DNA of 64,000 nucleotides from Candidatus Omnitrophota bacterium (GCA_016197155.1 JACPWF010000019.1:1485-65484), one strand, 5' to 3'. Positions 29,789-38,056 are shown, counted from the first letter of the stretch. Made by a program: numbers and translations. Notes: generated from the sequence alone by a model not told the origin.

Positions 29789-31542
29789 TCGACGGCGGCC
29801 GCGCGCAGGCCGGATGTTTTCACGAGAGATGCCCCGGGCCGGATCACTTCGCGCGGCGCTTCGGTTTTGTCAATCTGCCAATAAGACAAAACGCCCGAGG
29901 CGATCCTCGAAAAAGCGGGTGCGGCGACGTCGCCGCCGTAGTACACCGGGTGCGGCTCATCGACGCTGACGGCGATCACGACCCTGGGCTCGTCGTAGGG
30001 AACAAAACCCGCGAACGACGCGACAAACTGGTCGTGCGAATACGTGCCGTTCGGTAAAATTTTCTGCGCGGTTCCCGTTTTTCCCGCGGCTTTAAAACCG
30101 GGCACCGCGGCCTTTTTGCCGGTCCCGCGGCTCACGACGCTCTCGAGCACCGTGCGCACCTGAAGGGCCGTCTCTTTTGAGATCACGCGGCGGACCGTTT
30201 CGGGTTGAAAATCTTGAACGACCTTGCCGTCCGCGTCGTCGATGCGCGTCAAAATCCGGGGCTTCATTAAAATCCCGTTGTTGGCGATCGCGCCAAATGC
30301 CGCGGCCAACTGGAGCGACGTCACCGCCACCCCCTGGCCGATGGGAATGTTGATGATCGAACTGCGCGACCAGTTTTTCGGATTCGGCACGATCCCCCCC
30401 ACTTCACCGGCCAGGCCAATGCCGGTTCGTTCCCCAAAACCGAAAAGACGGATCGTCTGGTACAGCTTTTCCCCGCCCAGCCGCAGGGCGCCCTTCACCG
30501 TGCCGATGTTGCTCGACTTTTCAATGATCTCCCGGAACGGCATCACGCCATGCCGCGTGTGGTCGTGAAGCACCTTTCCCGCGACGGCCCAGGAGCCGTT
30601 TTCGCAGTCAAATTTTTCATTGAGGCTGAACGCCTTATTTTCCACGATGGACGAGAGCGTGAAGGTCTTGAAAACGCTTCCCGGCTCGAAGATATCCGTG
30701 ACGGCGCGGTTGCGTTTTTCCTCGGCGGAGGCCTTTTTGGAGTGGTTCAAATCGTAGAGCGGAAAATTCGCCATCGCCAAGATGTCGCCGGTCCCGGGAT
30801 CCAAAACGATCGCCGAACCCCCGCGCGCGTTAAATTTTTTGCAGACCTCGGCCAGCTCTTTTTCCGCCAGCGACTGGATCACCTCGTCGATGGCCAGGTG
30901 GATGTTGTACCCGTCCACGGGCGAGACCATCTCGACCTCGCGGGAAACCAGTTCCCGGCGCTTGGCGTCCTTTTGGGCCAACCGCCAGCCCGGCACGCCT
31001 TTCAGGAAACTGTTGTAATGAAGCTCGATGCCCTCGAGCCCCTCGTTGTCGATGTCGGTGAATCCGACCAGATGGCAGGCCGTGTCCCCCTTGGGATACA
31101 CCCGCTGGGATTCTTTCACAAATTCCAGCTCTTCGATTTTGAGGCGTTTGACCGCCTCGGCCTTGGCGGGCGAAATTTTCCGCGCGACCCACACAAAAAG
31201 TTTATCGCGGTCGAGGCGGTTGAAAATTTCCCCGCGGCCTATCCCCAGGATCCGGGAAAGCGCGGCGGAGACGGCGTCCTTATTTTTAATTTCGCGGGAG
31301 ACCGCGTAGAGAGAGTCGAGGCGGATGTCGAGCGCCAGATCCCGGCCTTTTGAATCGACGATCCTTCCGCGGGCCGGCTGCATCTCGATAATGGCGCGGG
31401 ATTGATTGCGCGCGAGCGATTGGTATTTCGAGGACTTCCAGATCTGGAGGAATCCCAGGCGGAGAAGAAGACAGAAAAGGAATAAAAGAAACAGAAAAAA
31501 GATAAAGAACAGGCGCGTCTTTGAAAGAGAGGAATCGGCCAA
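29785..31542 (-). CDS. ftsI: Peptidoglycan D,D-transpeptidase FtsI (PBP3 class)
   Basis: 585 aa with an N-terminal TM segment, PBP dimerisation domain, and transpeptidase motifs (SxxK ...). Confidence 0.85.
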   Translation of the reverse strand: MADSSLSKTRLFFIFFLFLLFLFCLLLRLGFLQIWKSSKYQSLARNQSRAIIEMQPARGRIVDSKGRDLALDIRLDSLYAVSREIKNKDAVSAALSRILGIGRGEIFNRLDRDKLFVWVARKISPAKAEAVKRLKIEELEFVKESQRVYPKGDTACHLVGFTDIDNEGLEGIELHYNSFLKGVPGWRLAQKDAKRRELVSREVEMVSPVDGYNIHLAIDEVIQSLAEKELAEVCKKFNARGGSAIVLDPGTGDILAMANFPLYDLNHSKKASAEEKRNRAVTDIFEPGSVFKTFTLSSIVENKAFSLNEKFDCENGSWAVAGKVLHDHTRHGVMPFREIIEKSSNIGTVKGALRLGGEKLYQTIRLFGFGERTGIGLAGEVGGIVPNPKNWSRSSIINIPIGQGVAVTSLQLAAAFGAIANNGILMKPRILTRIDDADGKVVQDFQPETVRRVISKETALQVRTVLESVVSRGTGKKAAVPGFKAAGKTGTAQKILPNGTYSHDQFVASFAGFVPYDEPRVVIAVSVDEPHPVYYGGDVAAPAFSRIASGVLSYWQIDKTEAPREVIRPGASLVKTSGLRAAAVE

Positions 31543-31610
31543 AGGGTTTCCCTAAAGTTTTATTTTATTATAGGCGCCGCTTGTGCCGAATACAATAACG
31601 TTCGTGCTTC

Positions 31611-31982
31611 TTAATCCGATTCCCTGGCTTCCGCCTGCGCGGTCCCCACAAAAAATTTGGCGACAAAGGGCACGCGGATGGCCGGCGACGTCCCGGCCAT
31701 CTCGGAAGCCCGAGGCCCCCCGGCCCCCGGCATCACGAGCGTCTGCCAGGATTTCGGGGAGGCAAGCGTGATGTGCTGTGCGAGGAGTTTTCTCTCCAGA
31801 TTGTGCGGCGCTTTCAAATTGGCGATGCTGAACTTGAGCGCGCGGCCCCGGTCCAAAAGCAGGGTCTTGGCCTCTTCCTGCCTGCGGATCGCGTAGCCGG
31901 TCTTGACGGCCTCGACCTCTTCATAAACGTAAACGAGCGCGGCGAGCGTCACGACGGTTAAACAGGCCGCGAAGCGCCTCAT
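31611..31982 (-). CDS. ftsL: Cell division protein FtsL-like
   Basis: 123 aa single-TM protein between rsmH and ftsI. Confidence 0.6.
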   Translation of the reverse strand: MRRFAACLTVVTLAALVYVYEEVEAVKTGYAIRRQEEAKTLLLDRGRALKFSIANLKAPHNLERKLLAQHITLASPKSWQTLVMPGAGGPRASEMAGTSPAIRVPFVAKFFVGTAQAEARESD

Positions 31983-32881
31983 GAATGCTCCTCCGCAATT
32001 TTTAGAAACGCGCGGAGCTTGGCGCTTCGGGAACGGGGGTTCCGGCTCATTTCCGCCTCGGACGGAGTGACCGGTTTTTTGGTGAGGATCTTTCCCTCGC
32101 CGGCTTTTTGAAAATTTCTGAACGCGTTTTTCACGATCCGGTCCTCAAGCGAATGAAAGGAAATGATGACGAGCCTCGCCCCTTCATCGAGACCATCCGT
32201 CACCGACGAAAGAAACTCTTCCAGAGAGCGAAGCTCTTCGTTCACGGCGATCCGGAGCGCCTGAAACGTGCGCGTCGCCGGATGGATGCGCCCGTAGCGA
32301 TAGGACGCGGGAACGCTCGATATGACGAGGGCCGCCAATTCAAAGGTACTGCGGATCTTTTTTTTCCGGCGGGTCTCGACGATCCGGCCCACAATCTTTC
32401 TGGCAAAGCGCTCCTCGCCCCATTTCCACAAAAGTTCCCGCAATTCCTCTTCTCTATAACCATTCACAATGTCCGCCGCGGAGGGCCCCTCCGAAGGGTC
32501 CATGCGCATGTCGAGCGGGCCGTCGGTTTTAAAACTGAATCCTCTGCCGGGTTCATCCAACTGCAGGGATGAAAGTCCCAGGTCGAGCAGCATCCCCTGC
32601 ACCCTGCCGATGCCAAACTCGGCGATCCGATTCCGCACGTTTTTAAAATTATCGTGAATGACCATCACGCGCTCTCCAAAACCGGCCAAAACCCTCCGCG
32701 CTTCCCGGATCGCGCCGGGGTCGCGGTCAAACCCGACGAGCCGCCCGTCCGGCGCGCTTTTTTCGAGAATGCGCCGGGCATGTCCCCCTCCGCCCAGGGT
32801 CCCGTCCACGATCACCCCGTTCGGGCGCGGCGCAAGCCACTCGACGGCTTCCTCCAGCAAAACACTTTCGTGTGCCGCCAC
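31979..32881 (-). CDS. rsmH: 16S rRNA (cytosine1402-N4)-methyltransferase
   Basis: 300 aa, ...VDGTLGGGGHARRILE... SAM-MTase, MraW family. Confidence 0.9.
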   Translation of the reverse strand: MAAHESVLLEEAVEWLAPRPNGVIVDGTLGGGGHARRILEKSAPDGRLVGFDRDPGAIREARRVLAGFGERVMVIHDNFKNVRNRIAEFGIGRVQGMLLDLGLSSLQLDEPGRGFSFKTDGPLDMRMDPSEGPSAADIVNGYREEELRELLWKWGEERFARKIVGRIVETRRKKKIRSTFELAALVISSVPASYRYGRIHPATRTFQALRIAVNEELRSLEEFLSSVTDGLDEGARLVIISFHSLEDRIVKNAFRNFQKAGEGKILTKKPVTPSEAEMSRNPRSRSAKLRAFLKIAEEHS

Positions 32882-33082
32882 GTTTTCTTTCTAAACGAAA
32901 CTAACGGTGTTTCGCGTCGTTTTTTGAAATAAAAATAACCTCGCGGGTCTTTTGACGCTGAACGAGCCGGTCAAAAAATCGCGAGTGCGCCTCCAGCCAC
33001 GACAAAGGCGAAAGCGCGCGCCGGCGTTTAAAATTCTCCACGCTGTCTTCCGCCCAGGACCCCGAATAAGCCGCCTGATTCC

Positions 33083-33532
33083 TCATGGATTCTCCGCGTT
33101 CCCGAAAATATTCTCGGCGATCTTCTCAAAAGAATCTTTGGTGTTCTTGTAAAACTGCCCCCAATTTTCCTTGCTCCAGATCTCCATGCGATTGGAGATG
33201 CCCACAACCACCACGTCACGCTTCACCTGAGCGAAATCCTTCAGGTATTGAGGGACCAGGATCCGGCCTTGGCGGTCGCAGGTGACTTCGCACGCGCCCG
33301 AGAAATAAAGCCGGTTAAAGTGCCGGCTCTGGGCATTCGTGAAGGGCAGAGATTTGAATCGGGACTCCTGTTTCTTCCACTCCTCTTCGGTAAAGACGAA
33401 GAGACACGTATCCAGGCCCCGAGTAACAAAAAATCGTTCCACATAGTTTTCTTTGAATGCCTCTCTGAATTTGGCGGGAATGATGAGGCGGCCCTTGCGG
33501 TCGATGCTGTGCTCATGCTCTCCATAGAACAT
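33083..33532 (-). CDS. mraZ: Transcriptional regulator MraZ
   Basis: 149 aa with a duplicated MraZ domain (MFYGEHEHSIDRKGRLIIPAKFRE...). Confidence 0.9.
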   Translation of the reverse strand: MFYGEHEHSIDRKGRLIIPAKFREAFKENYVERFFVTRGLDTCLFVFTEEEWKKQESRFKSLPFTNAQSRHFNRLYFSGACEVTCDRQGRILVPQYLKDFAQVKRDVVVVGISNRMEIWSKENWGQFYKNTKDSFEKIAENIFGNAENP

Positions 33533-33578
33533 TTTGGCCTGTCTCCACTTTCCCCCACTTTTTGGGATATTATGGGAA

Positions 33579-33607
33579 GAGTATACCCCGGAGACCCCCT
33601 CAAGTCA
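33579..33607 (-). promoter_or_regulatory. Sigma-70-type promoter of the dcw cluster (TTGACT-17-TATACT) upstream of mraZ
   Basis: The minus-strand sequence reads cTTGACTtgagggggtctccggggTATACTc, located 45-75 nt upstream of the mraZ ATG. Confidence 0.5.
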
Positions 33608-33617
33608 AGGGGTGGTT

Positions 33618-34058
33618 TCATTTTTTCAACTCCCTCTCCCGGAGGCGGGCGGCCATGTCGTTGATCCCGTCGGCCAGGTCTTTCAGTTCGTCGTGTTTTC
33701 TCAAAATAATTTTTACGTCAAAGCGGCCCTCGCCGATGGATTTTAGGGCCTGATAAATTTTGGGCAGAGGCCCCGCGATGCGGTGGGAAAAAACGATCGA
33801 CCCGTAAAAAATAAGCGGCAGGATGACGAGCATGTCCACGAGGAGCGCCGTGTGCGCGGAGCGGAATATTTGCAGGACGCGGCCTTGCGGGTACACGTCC
33901 GCGAGGCGCTCGCCCAGCATCATGAACGTCGTGTAAAACGTCGTGAGCCCCGTGAGAACCGAGGCGATGAAAACGTAGAGAATGACAAACCGCGCGAAGC
34001 GAAGCTGAAGGCCTCTCTCGACAAAATATTTTTTCCGGCGAATCCCGACGAAAGCCAT
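33618..34058 (-). CDS. Small membrane protein with HAMP domain, no output domain
   Basis: 146 aa with two TM segments followed by a HAMP-like helix-loop-helix (GPLPKIYQALKSIGEGRFDVKIILRKHDELKDLADGINDMAARL). Confidence 0.55.
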   Translation of the reverse strand: MAFVGIRRKKYFVERGLQLRFARFVILYVFIASVLTGLTTFYTTFMMLGERLADVYPQGRVLQIFRSAHTALLVDMLVILPLIFYGSIVFSHRIAGPLPKIYQALKSIGEGRFDVKIILRKHDELKDLADGINDMAARLRERELKK

Positions 34059-34059
34059 T

Positions 34060-35061
34060 TTATCTCCTGGTTAAAAGCGCACTGCGCCGGATCGTGAAGA
34101 TCGTTCTCTCCTCGGACGAGCGCTCGACGAGTTGAACCACTTCCTTCAAAGGCATGTACCGCGTGGCGGCGCCGTCCACCTCGACAATGAAGTCATCCTC
34201 CCGGATCCCCGCCGCGGCGGCCGCGCTTTCCTTTTTCACCTTTTTTACCTTGAGGCCCTCGTATTCCCATTTGAATTCCAGGCCCATCCGGTCCGGGCGC
34301 ATGCCCCAATCGCCCCCGCCCTTGTGCACATAACAATCCCTTTCGAACTCAAGCATGAAACTGGAAAAGCGCGGCGAGAGCATTTTTTTCCTGACGGCGT
34401 CCGCGCCGAGATAGCGGAGCGACTCGCCGTCAATGGAAACCAGGCGGTCATTTTTTTTGAGGCCCGCCAGCGCCGCGTCCTTGCGCGGGTCCACGAATTC
34501 CAGACGCGCCCAATCGCCTTTTTTCTCCAAAGTGACGCCCAAATTTTTCTGAAGCGCTTTGGTCTCTTCGAGCGCTTCGCTTTTGATCGCGTCCTCGATG
34601 GGCCTGCCCTGACCCCACGAGTCGTACAGCGCCTGCTGTTTTTCGATTTCGCTCACGGGGCCCTCGGTCGCCATCGCCCAAAAACGATTGCGCGCGCCCG
34701 CCGCGGCGTCTTTGGCTTCCTCCAGATGCGGGTTCAGCTCCAGCGCCTTTTCGTAGTAGGCCAGGGCCTCGCCCATTTTTTTCCGGGCCTCAAATTCTTT
34801 TCCGGCTTCAAAAAAATTCTGCGCGGGGTCGTCGTAGCGGATATTTTTAATGCCCGTCAAAAGAATGGGGACCTCCCCTTTCTCGGTGCTCAGGATCACC
34901 CGGTCGGCGTGTTTTTCAACGACCACTCCTTTTAATTCCTTGTCCGTTTTCAAAACCACCGTGTCGGCGAAGGCGTTTGAGAAAAAAAGAAAAAGGGAGG
35001 GCAAAAGACACCCTCCCGTCCGAAAAAAATTTCTAAAAAAACCGCCTGCGGCCCTGGCCAT
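34060..35061 (-). CDS. Secreted PDZ-domain protein
   Basis: 333 aa with a signal peptide, a TPR-like segment (ALAYYEKALELNPHLEEA), and two PDZ-like segments (GLKKNDRLVSIDGESL; GIREDDFIVEVDGAA). Confidence 0.5.
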   Translation of the reverse strand: MARAAGGFFRNFFRTGGCLLPSLFLFFSNAFADTVVLKTDKELKGVVVEKHADRVILSTEKGEVPILLTGIKNIRYDDPAQNFFEAGKEFEARKKMGEALAYYEKALELNPHLEEAKDAAAGARNRFWAMATEGPVSEIEKQQALYDSWGQGRPIEDAIKSEALEETKALQKNLGVTLEKKGDWARLEFVDPRKDAALAGLKKNDRLVSIDGESLRYLGADAVRKKMLSPRFSSFMLEFERDCYVHKGGGDWGMRPDRMGLEFKWEYEGLKVKKVKKESAAAAAGIREDDFIVEVDGAATRYMPLKEVVQLVERSSEERTIFTIRRSALLTRR

Positions 35062-35156
35062 GAATAAATAGTTATAGGTCGTCCCCGATTAGCTCATACT
35101 ATATGTAGTATGCTAACAAAACGGGTCATGCGACGCAAGGTCTTTAAAGCGATGGG

Positions 35157-35435
35157 CTACTGATTGTCTGGCGGGGAAGCGGGCTTTCGGCGATCGGGAT
35201 CGCCCGCGTGATAGTGGTTGGATTTACTCGTTTGCTCGGGACGGGTGAAACCGGTGTCCACCTGACCCGAAATCCGGTTCAGTCCTTCGTCCACGTCATT
35301 TTCGTCCGTGTCCAAAGCGTAAAGCGGCGTCTTGTCCGCGGCGCAAACGCGGCTGGGGCACAACAAAAGAGCCAGCAAACAGAAGCCAGCCGTCAAAGAG
35401 AAAGACTTTTTTGATTTTCCCTGACTACTGACCAC
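35157..35435 (-). CDS. Small secreted or lipoprotein hypothetical (92 aa)
   Basis: Signal-peptide-like N-terminus KKSFSLTAGFCLLALLLCPSRVCAAD. The ORF begins with GTG inside the dispersed-repeat fragment. The start is uncertain. Confidence 0.35.
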   Translation of the reverse strand: MVSSQGKSKKSFSLTAGFCLLALLLCPSRVCAADKTPLYALDTDENDVDEGLNRISGQVDTGFTRPEQTSKSNHYHAGDPDRRKPASPPDNQ

Positions 35436-35453
35436 TGCCTACTGACTCCTGTT
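35414..35453. repeat. Partial copy (about 40 nt) of the dispersed CTGACT-rich repeat family that also occurs inside the giant ORF
   Basis: gattttccCTGACTACTGaccactgcCTACTGACTCCTGT aligns with R2/R3 ...gggattttctcgcccttcgCTGACTACTGtcttctgtcCACTGACTCCTGTctc. Confidence 0.5.
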
Positions 35454-35878
35454 TTTTCTGCAGACCTATAAGCCGGGTTCTGTCTTCGCCCAAGGGCGAA
35501 GGATGATCATCCATCTAGCCCTGACATTGCTGGCAGGGTCAAGCGGTTCACCCGGGAATGTTGACGAGCGAGTGTGCTCGATTCTTCCCCTATTTAACCT
35601 TGCTCCGCGTGGAGATTGCTCGTTTCACCCCTTCGACGAATCGAAGGACTCGTCTCTGTAGCTCTCCCGCCAAAAATCGCGGCGGGCCGCCTTGCGGCGG
35701 GATCCTATCTGCCGGTCACGCATTTCGACCGACAAACGATGGGCGTTACCCACCACGCTCACTCGTGGAGCCCGGACTTTCCTCTTCGCCTCACGGCGCA
35801 ACGCGCCGTGTGGACGAATCCGCCGACGCTCTGGTGGCGGATCGCCCGGTGGCTCAGCGACCATCCGGTCTACAAAAA
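35452..35878 (-). ncRNA. rnpB: RNase P RNA (bacterial type A, M1 RNA)
   Basis: The minus strand carries both universally conserved P4 strands: GGAAAGUCCGGGCUCCA (plus-strand tggagcccggactttcc near 35768-35784) and ACAGAACCCGGCUUA (plus tataagccgggttctgt at 35467-35483). P1 is formed by 5' UUUUUUGUAGACC and 3' GGUCUGCAGAAAAAA. Length is about 425 nt. Confidence 0.85.
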
Positions 35879-36274
35879 AAGATTGCCTCCGTCCAGGGCC
35901 TTGTTGGCCTGGGCATCCGCGAGTTTATTTTCCTCCCGCGGGATGTGTTTGACAAGAATTTTTTTAAAGCCCTTTTTCAAATGAACCGCCAAAAGATAAA
36001 GGGTCTTGAGCGAGGCCTCTTTGATCTTGTATTCGCCGTTAAACTGCCGCGCGACGAGCTCGCTGTCCGTGAAGACCTCGACTTCCGCCGCGCCCATCAT
36101 GAGCGCCTCCTGAAGCGCCAAGATGAGGGCGCAATATTCCGCCGTGTTGTTCGTCGCGATCCCGATCGCCTGCGAAAGGGATTTGAGAACTTTTCCCCTG
36201 GCGTCCTGAAAAACCGCCCCGGCCGCCGCCGGACCCGGATTGCCGCGCGAAGCCCCGTCTATAAAAATTTTCAT
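35870..36274 (-). CDS. rnhA: Ribonuclease HI
   Basis: MKIFIDGASRGNPGPAAAGAVF ... TNNTAEYCALILAL ... VFTDSELVARQ ... HIPREENKLADAQANKA. The ATG at 36274 overlaps the upstream stop (ATGA). Confidence 0.85.
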   Translation of the reverse strand: MKIFIDGASRGNPGPAAAGAVFQDARGKVLKSLSQAIGIATNNTAEYCALILALQEALMMGAAEVEVFTDSELVARQFNGEYKIKEASLKTLYLLAVHLKKGFKKILVKHIPREENKLADAQANKALDGGNLFL

Positions 36275-36987
36275 TCGGCCCAGTAAAGGATCCGCGCGCA
36301 GGTTTCGCACACGATCATCTTTTCCCCGAGCCGGACTTCGTGAAGGACTTGAGGCGGCAGTCCCATGTGGCATCCGCCGCAGGCGTTGTTTTTCACGGGC
36401 ACCAGCGCCAGGCCCTCGCGGCTTTTCAGGATCCGCTCGTACTGCGAAAGAAGCCGCGGCTCGATATTCGGCGCGTAGGCCTTTCTCTTTTCCTCGAGCG
36501 CGGCGATTTGCGAGGCCAGTTCTTCGGACGTTTTCTTTGAGGCCTCGATGGCTTCTTTAAATTTTTTTTCCTCCCCGGCCAGCGATTCCTTTTCTTTGGC
36601 GGCGCGCGCCTTGGCGGTTTCCACGGCGTCCAACAGCCGGAGAATGTCCTCTTCCAAAAGCGACTGGTCCGCCTTCGAACCCTTGATCTCGAGCTCCATG
36701 GCCGAGTATTCCTTGTTGCTCTTTAGCTGGTAAAGCTGGGCCTGGAGTTTTTTGACTCTTTCCTCACGGGTCTGGAGCTCCATCTCTTTTTCTTTTTGCT
36801 TCAGTTGAAAATTTTTGAGCTCGGCCTCGGCGGATTTTAAGCCGTTTTTTGACCGCTCAAAATCCTCCTCGTATTTTTTTTGCAAAAGCGGTTGGGCGCT
36901 CAGCTCTTTTCTTAATTTATAAATTTCGCCGTCGATCTTTTGAAGCTCGGCCAGAATTTTAATTTGTTCGTGAATGGCTGTGGGCAT
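36271..36987 (-). CDS. Coiled-coil protein with C-terminal C4 zinc ribbon (COG1579 family)
   Basis: 238 aa. A long coiled coil precedes ...ACGGCHMGLPPQVLHEV...CETCARILY. Confidence 0.65.
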   Translation of the reverse strand: MPTAIHEQIKILAELQKIDGEIYKLRKELSAQPLLQKKYEEDFERSKNGLKSAEAELKNFQLKQKEKEMELQTREERVKKLQAQLYQLKSNKEYSAMELEIKGSKADQSLLEEDILRLLDAVETAKARAAKEKESLAGEEKKFKEAIEASKKTSEELASQIAALEEKRKAYAPNIEPRLLSQYERILKSREGLALVPVKNNACGGCHMGLPPQVLHEVRLGEKMIVCETCARILYWAE

Positions 36988-36990
36988 TTT

Positions 36991-37236
36991 TTATAATTTA
37001 TTCATCCGGGTGATGATTTTTTTCTTGGAGACAGAAAACGGCGAAAATATTTTTTGAAGGCCGTCCAAATAAGCGATAAATTCATCCAAGGATCGGGACG
37101 GCCGTTTCGGCGGCGGGCATGCGAACGCGTCCCTTCGCTTTCGGCTCTGACCGTCTTCCCGCATTTCCCTCTTTTCTTCTTCACTCAACATCGCCGGTCC
37201 CATCCAATAATTTTTCCAATTCTTTCTGCCTTCCAA
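36991..37236 (-). CDS. Hypothetical small ORF (81 aa). It overlaps the 3' end of the nucleotidyltransferase gene and may be spurious.
   Basis: Open frame only. Confidence 0.2.
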   Translation of the reverse strand: MEGRKNWKNYWMGPAMLSEEEKREMREDGQSRKRRDAFACPPPKRPSRSLDEFIAYLDGLQKIFSPFSVSKKKIITRMNKL

Positions 37237-37732
37237 ACAGACCGAAATATTCCTTCAACAGCGTGACGTCAAGTTTTCCCCGATGGGCCTTCATCAGTTC
37301 CTCGATGTCGGCCATGTCCCGATGGTAGCGGGCCGGATCGTTGGAACTGGATTGGACCTTGAGACCGATCAGATCCTCGGGCGTCACCACTTTGATCCTG
37401 ATCCTTCCGCCGAAGACGTTCCGTTCGACCGCCCTTTCCAGCATGGCCCTTGTGTATTTCCGATGAGCATGCAAAAAATCCACGCGCCCCAGCTGGGACA
37501 AGCGGCTGACAAAGGTGGAAACGTCTTCGCTCTCATGGATCGCCTCGTAGCCATGGGCCAGGAGAATGCCTTTTACCTTGGGCATGTCTTCTTTGGCCGA
37601 TAAAAAATCAATGTCTTCCGACGCCCTTGTGTACCCCGACGCCTGCAGGGCGAAGCCGCCTATCAACGCGAAACGAATGTTGTGCTTCTGGAAATTTTCA
37701 ACGAGCAGTTTGAGTACCGCCTCAAAATTCAA
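37181..37732 (-). CDS. Nucleotidyltransferase-fold protein (minimal NTase / AbiEii-like family)
   Basis: A TTG start at 37732 preceded by AAGGGAG (8-nt spacer) gives MNFEAVLKLLVENFQKHNIRFALIGGFALQASGYTRASEDIDFL..., i.e. a G[GS]x9-13Dx[DE] NTase motif. The upstream 95 aa of the track ORF are translated tRNA-like repeats and were rejected. Confidence 0.55.
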   Translation of the reverse strand: MNFEAVLKLLVENFQKHNIRFALIGGFALQASGYTRASEDIDFLSAKEDMPKVKGILLAHGYEAIHESEDVSTFVSRLSQLGRVDFLHAHRKYTRAMLERAVERNVFGGRIRIKVVTPEDLIGLKVQSSSNDPARYHRDMADIEELMKAHRGKLDVTLLKEYFGLFGRQKELEKLLDGTGDVE

Positions 37733-37778
37733 TTTGGATACTCCCTTCGAGTCCCGGGGCTCACCGGGCACAAAAACA

Positions 37779-38056
37779 TGGTGGGCAATACAGGACTCGC
37801 CCGCCAGAGGCGGGTCCGCCTTCGGCGGAAACCTTGTGACCTCTTCGATGTGAACGAAGCGTCCGCCATCAAAGCATCGGCGGACGCCCGCCAAAGTTCC
37901 AGTGGCGGGCGCTCCAACCCACTGACTCGCCCGCCAGAGGCGGGTCCGCCTTCGGCGGAAACCTTGTGACCTTTTCCATGTCAAGGAAACGTCCGCCATC
38001 AAAGCATCGGCGGACGCCCGCCAAAGTTCCAGTGGCGGGCGCTCTAACCCACTGCT
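37779..38056 (-). repeat. Tandem pair (about 129-130 nt period) of tRNA-Val-derived structured elements with GC-hairpin insertions. The proximal copy ends with a full tRNA-Val 3' terminus including encoded ACCA.
   Basis: Each unit has, in order: a D-loop-like AGUGGGUU(A/G)GAGCG, two GC hairpins, a complete anticodon arm, the variable region, and a T-arm interrupted by two more GC hairpins. Copy 1 has a CAC anticodon, 30/31 nt identical to the adjacent tRNA-Val gene. Copy 2 has a GAC anticodon with a covarying stem. The 3'-most 17 nt are identical to the tRNA-Val 3' end. Confidence 0.7.

Noticed and set aside
35558-36286. 242-aa plus-strand ORF
   Set aside because: It overlaps RNase P RNA and runs antisense to rnhA. 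It was rejected in favour of rnpB (conserved P4 sequences) and rnhA.
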